Source of the DNA: Solirubrobacteraceae bacterium
GTDB taxonomy: Bacteria > Actinomycetota > Thermoleophilia > Solirubrobacterales > Solirubrobacteraceae
Direction of reading: 5' to 3'
Length of the DNA: 64,000 nucleotides
NCBI GenBank assembly: GCA_036498045.1
Contig: DASXIJ010000017.1
Coordinates: 3,478 to 67,477 of the forward strand
Positions 50,863 to 58,836 of the stretch are shown here, one piece after another (within the stretch, counting starts at the first letter, position 1; each line of letters starts with the position of its first letter). The translations under genes were made by a program, and so were the position numbers. The notes under the pieces are model-generated. The model ran no database searches. It was not told the DNA's origin and saw only the letters and a program-made list of their open reading frames with translations.

Positions 50863-51090
50863 ATGTCCCTTTCGCTCGTCATCGCAATCAACGTAATCGC
50901 CGACATCTCGCTGCTGGCGGGGTTGGCCTATGTCATGTCGCGAGCAGCGCGCTTGACCCCGCACGTCGCCTCCGTCCAGGCGACCGCACCCGAGCAGCAG
51001 GTCGTCTACGAGCGCCAGCCGCGCTCCGTGCGCGCAAGCCGGCAGCCGGTGCGCAGCGGGGCGTCGATCTCCAGCCAGGCAAACGCCTAG
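50863..51090 (+). CDS. Small (75 aa) single-TM protein
   Basis: AAGGAG RBS; hydrophobic N-terminus, then SRAARLTPH. Confidence 0.75.
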   Translation: MSLSLVIAINVIADISLLAGLAYVMSRAARLTPHVASVQATAPEQQVVYERQPRSVRASRQPVRSGASISSQANA

Positions 51091-51114
51091 CGCAGCCGCT
51101 CCGGGTCCCGTCCG

Positions 51115-51741
51115 ATGTCGCTCTCGCTCACGCACCTCGCCGGCACGCTGGCGACGGCGACCGGGCCGCACCTCTACTGGATCGTCAGCCGCGCGGCCGG
51201 CAGCGTGGCGCTGATCCTCTCCAGCGTCTCGGTGTGCGTCGGCTTGCTGATGGGTGGGCGCGTGCTCAAACGGCGCTGGCCCGACCTGCGCGTGACCCAC
51301 GAGGCGCTCTCGCTCGCAACGCTGGCCGCGCTTGCCGTCCACGGCCTGACGCTGCTCGGCGACCCGTTCCTGCACCCGAGCCTCGCCGACGTGAGCGTCC
51401 CGTTCGTCAGCGGCTATGAGACGGCGTGGACGACGATCGGCATCGTCGCCTTCTGGGCGATGCTCGTGCTCGGCGTGTCCTACTACGCGCGAGCGCGGAT
51501 CGGCGTCCAGCGCTGGCGGGTGTTGCACCGGTTCACCGCGCTCGCGTGGATCCTCGGGATCGTGCACTCGCTCGGCGAGGGCACCGACGCAGGTCAAGCG
51601 TGGTTCTTGGCGATGACCACGATCGTCGTGCTCCCCGCACTCTGCCTGCTCACGGTGCGGTGGATCCAGGCCGCTCGGTCGCGATCGGTTGCGCCAGGCG
51701 CGGCCGCCACGCGCGCCGGCGCACTCGGCCCGTCGAGCTAG
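51115..51741 (+). CDS. Ferric-reductase-like (MsrQ-like) di-heme transmembrane protein
   Basis: W.VSRAAG; four His at heme-ligand spacing (VTHEAL, AVHG, VLHR, IVHS); G.GTD; no cytosolic FAD/NAD domain. Confidence 0.88.
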   Translation: MSLSLTHLAGTLATATGPHLYWIVSRAAGSVALILSSVSVCVGLLMGGRVLKRRWPDLRVTHEALSLATLAALAVHGLTLLGDPFLHPSLADVSVPFVSGYETAWTTIGIVAFWAMLVLGVSYYARARIGVQRWRVLHRFTALAWILGIVHSLGEGTDAGQAWFLAMTTIVVLPALCLLTVRWIQAARSRSVAPGAAATRAGALGPSS

Positions 51742-51749
51742 CCGAGCGC

Positions 51750-51804
51750 GCTCAGCGAGCTCTCAGGCTGACGCCAGCGCACTCCCACGGCTGCCGCCGA
51801 GACT
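51750..51804 (+). promoter_or_regulatory. Response-regulator box 3 plus -10-like hexamer
   Basis: GCTCAG-cgagc-TCTCAG, then 32 nt, then GAGACT. Confidence 0.7.
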
Positions 51805-51854
51805 CACGCCAAGCGCTCACGCCGAGCGAACCTCACGACAGAGAAGGAGTGGAC

Positions 51855-52493
51855 ATGACCCCCACCGTCGCAGCCCCAGTCGCCCATCCGTCTGATCGCC
51901 CGCAGCCGCCGCGCGCGGCCCGGGCGGCGGCGCAGAGCAAGCGCGCCGCCCTCGCACAGCGCACGCGACGGATCCGCCGCTCGGTCGCGGCGCTGGCGGC
52001 CGTGCTGTTCTGCACGCTCTTCCTGGTCGTCTACGAGCAGCTCGCGTCCGGCCACGACCCCTCGCTCTCGGCGAAGTCGAAAGCCACGAGCACGAGCGGC
52101 TCGAGCAAATCGGCCAAAGTCGCGAGCGCCAAGAAATCGAGCACGGCCGGCTCGAGCCAAACGGCCAAAGCCGCGAGCGCTAAGAAGCCGACCGCCACGA
52201 AGTCGAGCAGCGCCGGAGCGAGCGCCACGAAATCGAGCAGCGCGGGATCGAGTACCACGGGCTCGAGCAGCGCGGGATCGAGCGCCACCGAATCCAGCGC
52301 CACGGAATCCGCCGGCGCGCAAACGAGCAGCTCGGGCTCGAGCGCAACGGAATCGAGCGCCACCGAATCGGGCAGCTCGGGCTCGACCGGCTCGGAATCG
52401 AGCGGCAGCGGTTCGAGCGGCAGCGAATCGAGCAGCTCGGGTTCGAGCGGCGGCGGCGAAGCCGGCAGCTCGGTGACCACGTCGCAGTCGTGA
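51855..52493 (+). CDS. Membrane-anchored Ser/Thr/Gly-rich protein ending VTTSQS
   Basis: GAAGGAG RBS; basic N-terminus, one TM, QLASGHDP, ~135-aa low-complexity stalk; stop overlaps the apbE start. Confidence 0.85.
   Translation: MTPTVAAPVAHPSDRPQPPRAARAAAQSKRAALAQRTRRIRRSVAALAAVLFCTLFLVVYEQLASGHDPSLSAKSKATSTSGSSKSAKVASAKKSSTAGSSQTAKAASAKKPTATKSSSAGASATKSSSAGSSTTGSSSAGSSATESSATESAGAQTSSSGSSATESSATESGSSGSTGSESSGSGSSGSESSSSGSSGGGEAGSSVTTSQS
52190..52470 (+). repeat. Degenerate 30-nt/15-nt coding tandem repeats
   Basis: ATKSSSAGAS / ATKSSSAGSS / TTGSSSAGSS, then SSATESSATES twice and GSESS-type units. Confidence 0.8.
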
Positions 52494-53482
52494 ACGGCGT
52501 GGGCGAGGTCGGCGAACGCTTCGACTGCTTCGGCTCGTCGTGCGCCGCGCTCGTGACCGGAGCCGGCCGCGAGGGCTCGGCGCGCGACGCGGTCGAGCTC
52601 GTCCGCCGGCGGCTGGAGGATTGGCATGAGAGCTTCTCGCGGTTTGCCCCCGACAGCGAGCTGACGCGGCTGAACGACCATCCGCGCCGCTCGGTTGCGG
52701 TCAGCCCGCTGATGGCGCGCCTGGCGCAGAGCCTGCGCCTTGCGGCGTCGCAGACGGATGGCCTGGTCGACGCGACGCTCGTCGAGCAGATCGAGCGCGC
52801 GGGGTACGCGACGGACCTCGGCGAGCCGGTGCCGCTTGCGCTGGCGCTCGAGCTGGCGCCGCCGCGCAAACGCGCGAGCGGACACCCGTCGCGCGCGTGG
52901 CGGTCGATCGAGTCCGATCTCGCACGCGGCCTCGTCTCGCGCCCTCCCGGAGTCAAGCTCGACAGCGGCGGGCTGGCGAAGGGGCTGTTCGCGGACGTGC
53001 TCGCCGAGCGGCTGGCGAGCCACGCGAGCGTTGCGATCGACTGCGCCGGCGACCTCTCGATCGGCGGCTCGGCTGCCCTCTCGCGCGCGATCGACGTCGA
53101 AAGCCCGTTCGACGGGCGCACGGTGCACACGTTTCACCTGCGGCGTACGGGCGTTGCGACGAGCGGCATCGGCCGCCGAAGCTGGCTCGACGCGGACGGA
53201 CGCCCGGCGCATCATCTGCTCGACCCGTCCACCGGCACCCCGGCGTTCACCGGGATCGTGCAGGTGACGGCGCTCGCGCCGAGCGCTCTAACGGCCGAGA
53301 TCCGCGCCAAGGCGGCGCTGCTCAGCGGGCCGTCCAGGGCGCGGGGATGGCTACCGGGCGGCGGCGTGATCGTGTTCGACGACGGGTCGCACGAGGTGCT
53401 CGAGCCGCCGGGCGAGGTGGTGCTCAGCGAGCTCTCAGGCTACGCGCGCGGCGCTCGCACCCACGCGCTGCACGATCGGTGA
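52490..53482 (+). CDS. apbE: FAD:protein FMN transferase (ApbE family), no signal peptide
   Basis: SRF.PDSEL.RLN, TDGLVD.T, LDSGGLAKG, AGD, VATSG, HHLLDP.TG. Confidence 0.92.
   Translation: MNGVGEVGERFDCFGSSCAALVTGAGREGSARDAVELVRRRLEDWHESFSRFAPDSELTRLNDHPRRSVAVSPLMARLAQSLRLAASQTDGLVDATLVEQIERAGYATDLGEPVPLALALELAPPRKRASGHPSRAWRSIESDLARGLVSRPPGVKLDSGGLAKGLFADVLAERLASHASVAIDCAGDLSIGGSAALSRAIDVESPFDGRTVHTFHLRRTGVATSGIGRRSWLDADGRPAHHLLDPSTGTPAFTGIVQVTALAPSALTAEIRAKAALLSGPSRARGWLPGGGVIVFDDGSHEVLEPPGEVVLSELSGYARGARTHALHDR
53422..53476 (+). promoter_or_regulatory. Response-regulator box 4 (inside the apbE 3' end) plus -10-like hexamer
   Basis: GCTCAG-cgagc-TCTCAG (20-mer identical to box 3), then 32 nt, then CACGAT, 7 nt before ATG 53484. 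Confidence 0.75.
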
Positions 53483-53483
53483 C

Positions 53484-54293
53484 ATGAACACTGTCGAAGT
53501 CGTCATCCCCGTATACAACGAGCAGCTCGCGCTCGACCACGGCGTGCGAACGCTGCATGCTCATCTGATCAAGACGTTCGACTTCTCGTTTCGGATCACG
53601 ATCGCCGACAACGCGAGCACCGACGCGACGCTCGATGTCGCACGCTCGCTCGCGCAGGAGCTCGACGGCGTCGAGGTGCTCTACCTCGACCGCAAGGGCC
53701 GCGGCCACGCGCTGCGCTGCGCATGGAGTCGCAGCGATGCGGCGGTGCTCGCCTACATGGACGTCGACCTGTCGACCGATCTCGCCGCGCTCGACGACCT
53801 GCTCACGCCGCTGCTCGAGGGTCGCGGCGACCTCGCGATCGGCTCGCGGCTGGCGCCCGGCGCCGACGTCACGCGCGGGCTGCGGCGCGAGGTGATCTCG
53901 CGCGGATACAACGTGCTGCTGCGCGCGCTGCTCGGCGTCACGTTCTCCGACGCGCAGTGCGGCTTCAAGGCCGGTCGCTCCGAGGTGCTCCAGGGGCTGC
54001 TCGACGACGTTCAGGACGATGATTGGTTCTTCGACACCGAGTTGCTCTATCTCGCCCAGCAGCGCAAGCTCTCGATCCATGGGGTCCCCGTGCGGTGGGT
54101 CGAGGATCTCGACTCGCGCGTACAGATCGTCGCGACCGCGCGGGAGGACCTGCGCGGCGTGATGCGCCTACGCGCAGGCGCCCGGATGAGCGGCGAGGAC
54201 CAGTTGGAGCCCGCTCGCGGGAGCGTGCGCAGGCGTCTCGGATGGCTGCGCCTCGGCCGGCTGCGGTCGCGCTCGACCGGGCTGCCCACCTGA
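53484..54293 (+). CDS. GT2 glycosyltransferase (polyprenol-phosphate glycosyltransferase-like)
   Basis: VIPVYNE, IADNASTD, KGRG.AL, YMDVDLSTD, DAQCGFKA, WFFDTELL; no GtrA tail. Confidence 0.92.
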   Translation: MNTVEVVIPVYNEQLALDHGVRTLHAHLIKTFDFSFRITIADNASTDATLDVARSLAQELDGVEVLYLDRKGRGHALRCAWSRSDAAVLAYMDVDLSTDLAALDDLLTPLLEGRGDLAIGSRLAPGADVTRGLRREVISRGYNVLLRALLGVTFSDAQCGFKAGRSEVLQGLLDDVQDDDWFFDTELLYLAQQRKLSIHGVPVRWVEDLDSRVQIVATAREDLRGVMRLRAGARMSGEDQLEPARGSVRRRLGWLRLGRLRSRSTGLPT

Positions 54294-54328
54294 CCCACGC
54301 GTGGCGTTTGGGACATAATGCCGCCCCG

Positions 54329-55321
54329 ATGCGGGCGATCGAGATCGTGGAGGAGACCGGGCCGGACACCGCGCTGCGCGAGGTCGACCTGCCCGAGCCC
54401 GAGCCGTCGCACCCGTTGACACCGGGCGAGGGAGTGCTCGTCGACGTGCACGCCGCCGGGGTGTCGTTCCCAGAGGTGCTGCAGACACGCGGTGCCTACC
54501 AGGTCAAACCGGCGCTGCCGTTCGTTCCCGGCAGCGAGGTCGCCGGGATCGTGCGCAGCGCACCCGCCGGCGCGCCGTTGGCCGCCGGCGACCGGGTCGC
54601 CGCGTTCTGCGCGCTCGGCGGCTTCGCCGAGGTCGCCGTCGCGCCCGAGTACCTCACGTTCGCCTTGCCCGACGCGCTCGACTTCGCCCAGGGCGCGGGG
54701 CTGATCCTCAACTACCACACGGCTTACTTCTCGCTCGTCACGCGCGGGCGCCTGACCGCTGGGGAGACGGTGCTCGTGCACGGCGCCGCCGGTGGCGTCG
54801 GCACGGCGGTGCTGCAGGTCGCCAACGCGCTCGGAGCAACCACGATCGCGCTCGTCTCAAGCGACGCCAAGGGTGAAGTCGCAAAGGACGCCGGCGCCGA
54901 CCGCGTGGTGCTGCTGAGCGACACGTGGAAGGACGAGGTAAAGGAGCTCTCCGACGGCGGCGTCGACCTCGTGCTCGACCCGGTCGGCGGCGACCGTTTC
55001 ACCGACAGCCTGCGCTCGTTGCGCCCGAACGGGCGCGTCGTCGTCGTCGGGTTCACCGGCGGTTCGATTCCCGAAGTCAAGGTCAACCGGCTGCTGCTCG
55101 GCAACACCGAGGTGATCGGCGCCGGCTGGGGCGCCTACGTGCTCGGCCGGCCCGAGATCAACCGCGAGATCGGCGCCGCGATCGCGCAGATGATCGCCGA
55201 CGGCTTCGTCCGCCCGGTCGTCGGCGAGCGTTTCCCGCTGCAGCGCGCGGTCGCCGCGCTGCACGCGATCGACGAGCGCCGCGCGACCGGCAAGGTCGTG
55301 CTCGACGTGCGTCCAGCCTGA
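54329..55321 (+). CDS. NADPH:quinone oxidoreductase (MDR family)
   Basis: AAGVSFP, PFVPGSEVAG, VLVHGAAGGVG, DPVGG, TGKVVL. Confidence 0.93.
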   Translation: MRAIEIVEETGPDTALREVDLPEPEPSHPLTPGEGVLVDVHAAGVSFPEVLQTRGAYQVKPALPFVPGSEVAGIVRSAPAGAPLAAGDRVAAFCALGGFAEVAVAPEYLTFALPDALDFAQGAGLILNYHTAYFSLVTRGRLTAGETVLVHGAAGGVGTAVLQVANALGATTIALVSSDAKGEVAKDAGADRVVLLSDTWKDEVKELSDGGVDLVLDPVGGDRFTDSLRSLRPNGRVVVVGFTGGSIPEVKVNRLLLGNTEVIGAGWGAYVLGRPEINREIGAAIAQMIADGFVRPVVGERFPLQRAVAALHAIDERRATGKVVLDVRPA

Positions 55322-55506
55322 CCCAGCCTTGTGCGGGCGCGGCCCGGCGCGCCCGGCGCAGGCGCTCCACGTGTTTGCTCGCACACACTGATGCAGCACA
55401 AATGAGAGACGCCACTCGTCACGCGCCGAAGGGTCCCGGTACAAAGTGCGTGACGATTGTCAGCACACGCACGGCATGAGCCGCGCCCGGGCGGAATGCA
55501 AAACGG

Positions 55507-55770
55507 ATGGACAGTAGCCACTGGTCACCAACGGCTGAGAGAGCGCAACTCGTTCGAGAGCGTCTCGCGGCGAACTTACGTCGTGAGAGGCACCGAAAAG
55601 GGCTCACTCAGAGCGCCCTTTCGACCGCGAGCGGCGTCGGGCGCGAGACGATCGCTCGCCTCGAGGCGGCCAAGCGCGAGCCGCGAATCCTCACGCTCGT
55701 GTCTTTCGCCTTCGCCTTACGCGTATCGCTCCAAGCCCTGCTCGCCGGCCTGCCTGAACCGGACGTCTAA
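55507..55770 (+). CDS. XRE-family HTH protein
   Basis: NLRRER..KGLTQ..L...SGV....IARLE...REP. Confidence 0.8.
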   Translation: MDSSHWSPTAERAQLVRERLAANLRRERHRKGLTQSALSTASGVGRETIARLEAAKREPRILTLVSFAFALRVSLQALLAGLPEPDV

Positions 55771-56613
55771 GGCAGGTTCGTGCTTGGTGGTCGCTCGGCA
55801 CCAGCCGCCCTCGACAGCTGGTCTGGCAACCCCAACATCAGTGCGAACGTACAGCAGGTCGATCGGTGACAGCCAGCCGTGGACAACGTACCGGTCTCCG
55901 AGCGCGTGATCTATCGACGGACGACCCTCGACGCGGTCGTGTATCTCGACCAAGATGTAGCGGGGAGCGTGTCGGTCCAGGTCGAGGCCCCGCAGGGCTG
56001 CGGCCTCACAACCCTCGATATCGAGTGAGAGGAGATCGATTTCTGGCGCTCGCACCTCGTCCAGCACGGACGAGAGGGTTCGGGCCTCGACTTCGATTTC
56101 GTATGGGTCGTACCACCCCAGCATGGTCCCGTTGTTCGTCCACTCCCGATCCTTGGCGCCGATCACGATCGACATGAGATCGCCGAAGCTCATCCGAACC
56201 CGGCACCCCGCGTCAACGGGGGACGTCAGCGCGCATTGGACGACCGTTGCGTCCGGGCGCGAGAGGCGCGCCTCCGCAGCCTGCTCGGGGATCGGCTCCA
56301 CCAAGACGCCGCGCCACCCTCGGAACCGTTCGAGATAGTACGTGTTCGACTGGGTGAAGCCGTCGTGTGCGCCGGCCTCGACGAAGAAGCCGCGCTCCCG
56401 CGCGATGATCGCATCGAGCTTGGAGTCGAGATCGTGCAGGGCAGGCCTGGACAGTCGATCATCGCCAAGAGCCTCAGCAGCCGCTCGCCTTCGTCGCTTT
56501 CGCGCCGACCGCCGTCCCCGGATCTGATCGCGCAGCCCCAGGGTTCGGAGCGCACGCGTAAACAGCCGTGTGCCCGTGACTCGCAGTCGTCGCCTCACAT
56601 CCCGCATGTGCAC
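55717..56613 (-). CDS. FkbM-family methyltransferase
   Basis: GFFVEAGAHDG..QSNT, GW.GVLVEP, IDLLSLDIEG.E. Confidence 0.9.
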   Translation of the reverse strand: MHMRDVRRRLRVTGTRLFTRALRTLGLRDQIRGRRSARKRRRRAAAEALGDDRLSRPALHDLDSKLDAIIARERGFFVEAGAHDGFTQSNTYYLERFRGWRGVLVEPIPEQAAEARLSRPDATVVQCALTSPVDAGCRVRMSFGDLMSIVIGAKDREWTNNGTMLGWYDPYEIEVEARTLSSVLDEVRAPEIDLLSLDIEGCEAAALRGLDLDRHAPRYILVEIHDRVEGRPSIDHALGDRYVVHGWLSPIDLLYVRTDVGVARPAVEGGWCRATTKHEPALDVRFRQAGEQGLERYA

Positions 56614-56801
56614 GATGTCCTATCACAGACAGATGTCTGCAGTCCGACAAGTTCGCGTCATCGGGACTTGCTAGGAGAAACGCCACATCGAGTCATTTGT
56701 CAACCTTCGTGCGTCGCCGGCGCCGCAGAGCGGCCGTCCCGAGCTAGTCGGAACGGCCGCTTGCCCGCTGAGCACTGTCAATCCGGAGCTTCCGCCGGCG
56801 G

Positions 56802-57476
56802 CTAGAACGCGGTACCCGAGAAGTTCTCCCATTCGCCGATCGTTTCCGACCTTGCGCGCAACATCCCGTTCCACCCACCTGGATAGCCGAGCTCGGCTGA
56901 GACCCAGAGGTGATTCGCGGCGCTCCAGATCGAGAAGGCTCCGGCGACGCCCGCGAGTTGGTACTGCTCCCACGCCCCGATCGAAAACGAGCGAGCCCGC
57001 AGCATCGCGTATTTGAGCCCGGTGTACCCGAGCTCGGTCGAGACCCAAGCGACGTTCGCGTCAGCGAAGATGGCGACCGCCCCAGTTACGGCGTTACCGC
57101 AGAACTGAAACATCTCCCACGGACCAACTGAGGTCGCTCGGGCTCTGAGCATGTCTTTTTCTTCGCCCGGAGAGCCAACTTCATTGGAGACGTAGAGCCC
57201 GTTGGCTCGTGATGCGATCCATCCCTGTGCACCGCACGACCAGGCCGACCCGGCTGTGGCCACTCCGTTTTTCACGGTGGCGGAACTGCCAGTCGCCTGT
57301 TTTTCCGCCATCATCTGCCGGTAGTTGTAGTAGGCGGAGTGATAGCCGTTCGAGCCGGGTGGCGCTTGCGACGCTTCGTTTGCGGCGGTCGGCGATTCCC
57401 CGGCGAACGCGCCCGGAGCGCCGAACAATGCAAATGCCCCCAGGACAGCGAGTGCCGTGGTGATCCGTCTAACCAT
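56802..57476 (-). CDS. Secreted fascin-like beta-trefoil protein
   Basis: Signal peptide; three repeats AN..(Y/W)VS.E.G......MLRAR...(V/I)G.WE.(F/Y); GAAAGGA RBS. Confidence 0.8.
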   Translation of the reverse strand: MVRRITTALAVLGAFALFGAPGAFAGESPTAANEASQAPPGSNGYHSAYYNYRQMMAEKQATGSSATVKNGVATAGSAWSCGAQGWIASRANGLYVSNEVGSPGEEKDMLRARATSVGPWEMFQFCGNAVTGAVAIFADANVAWVSTELGYTGLKYAMLRARSFSIGAWEQYQLAGVAGAFSIWSAANHLWVSAELGYPGGWNGMLRARSETIGEWENFSGTAF

Positions 57477-57620
57477 GTGACAGTCCTTTCTCGAGAGTCG
57501 GTATCCCGCGCGAAAGGACGTCACGTCCCTGTCGCGTCGAGCGCGTCCCGAACACCCGGCAAGTTCCGCAAGCTCGGACGCGGCGACGCGACGCTAGTTG
57601 CAGACAACACGCCTCGTCAA
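57477..57620 (-). promoter_or_regulatory. Promoter plus structured 5' leader of the fascin-like gene
   Basis: TTGACG-N18-TAGCGT; the stem GTGAC-GTCCTTTC/GAAAGGAC-T-GTCAC covers the RBS. Confidence 0.55.
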
Positions 57621-57765
57621 GAGGCTCTTGCGCCACAGATAAGTCGGCGCGCGCGGCGCCCCAGAGAACAAGCGGGCGCCTAGGCGGGCCGCGGCCGGTC
57701 GCTACACGATCATGCGCATCGGCCCGCGCGAATCCGCGTCAAACCGAGTCGAGGACGTCAGCCGT

Positions 57766-58716
57766 TCAGTGAGGATCGAGCAGCTCGCGCCACTGTGCCG
57801 GCTCGAGCGTCGGCGCCGGCTCGGTCGACTCGAGGAAGTCGACGAGCACGTCGACGAACCGCGCCGGCTCGTCGAGCTGAGGGAAGTGGCCAGAGCTGTC
57901 GAACACCTCCAGGCGGCTCCCTCGCACCTGGTCGTGGGCAAGCTCGCCGTGTGACAGCGGGATGATCGAGTCGTGCGCTCCCCACATCAGCAGGAACGGG
58001 ATATGCGCGGAGAGGTGCAGCCGATTGGACGCGTCGACGCGCTGGCCGCTCGGCTCGACGACCGCGCGCAGCGTGTGTACGAACGCAGCGCGCGCCTGGG
58101 CGTCGGACAGCGTCGCGTGGCCGTGGGCGATCTCCTCGACGTCCGTTCGCGCGCGTAGGCCGAGCAGGCCGAGCGCCCCGCCGACGAGGCGCCCCGCATC
58201 GAGCACGCGCGTGGCCGCGAGCAGCGGCAGCACGAGCTCCGCGCCCGGCAGCGTCGCCGCGCGCAGCAGGATGTTCACCTCGCGCCCGAGGCCGCCCGAG
58301 TCGACGAGCGCCAGGCGCTCGCAGCGCTCGGGGAACTGGTAGGCGAACTGCATCGCGATCCCGCCGCCCAGCGAGTGCCCGACGACGCTTGCGCGCTCGT
58401 GGCCGAGCACGACCATCAGGTCGCGGATGTTGCTCGCGTGCGCGCCGAGCGAGTAGTCGCCGCGCGGCTTGTCCGACGCGCCGTGGCCGATCAGGTCGGG
58501 GGCGATCACCGTGAAGTGGCGGGCGAGACCGGGGATCACGTGCTCCCACGTCGCCGAGCTCGACGTGATTCCGTGGATCAGGACGAGCGCCGGTCCGCTG
58601 CCCGCCTGGCGGTAGGCGATCCGGTCGCCGTGCAGCGTCAGTGTGCGCAGCCTCGCCCGGCGCGGTGACGGCCGGGCGGTCGCGGTCGACGCGGGGGCTG
58701 CGGCGCGCGGGGTCAT
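57766..58716 (-). CDS. Alpha/beta-fold hydrolase
   Basis: LIHGI, APDLIGHG.S, GHSLGGG nucleophile elbow, WG..D.IIP, GHFPQ. Confidence 0.93.
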   Translation of the reverse strand: MTPRAAAPASTATARPSPRRARLRTLTLHGDRIAYRQAGSGPALVLIHGITSSSATWEHVIPGLARHFTVIAPDLIGHGASDKPRGDYSLGAHASNIRDLMVVLGHERASVVGHSLGGGIAMQFAYQFPERCERLALVDSGGLGREVNILLRAATLPGAELVLPLLAATRVLDAGRLVGGALGLLGLRARTDVEEIAHGHATLSDAQARAAFVHTLRAVVEPSGQRVDASNRLHLSAHIPFLLMWGAHDSIIPLSHGELAHDQVRGSRLEVFDSSGHFPQLDEPARFVDVLVDFLESTEPAPTLEPAQWRELLDPH

Positions 58717-58836
58717 CTGGAGGCACCTACCCCGATCGGCGGGGGTTCGTTACCCATAAGCGCAACGTAGGACTCGGTGCGCAGGCGCTCGTCCACGGGC
58801 TCGCGCGCGACTGAGGCGCATTGCGAATGCTGGGCG

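Noticed and set aside
52190-52470. Tandem repeats as a possible CRISPR array
   Set aside because: The units are in-frame, degenerate and have no unique spacers; no cas genes are present
55335-55346. GGGCGCGGCCCG identical to the tRNA-Val 3' end
   Set aside because: All-GC 12-mer, 37 kb away and on the upstream side of the tRNA; consistent with chance
55380-55460. CTGATG-containing leader before XRE as a hammerhead or SAM-type RNA
   Set aside because: Lacks the remaining conserved core (CUGAUGA...GAAA); only a simple inverted repeat is supportable
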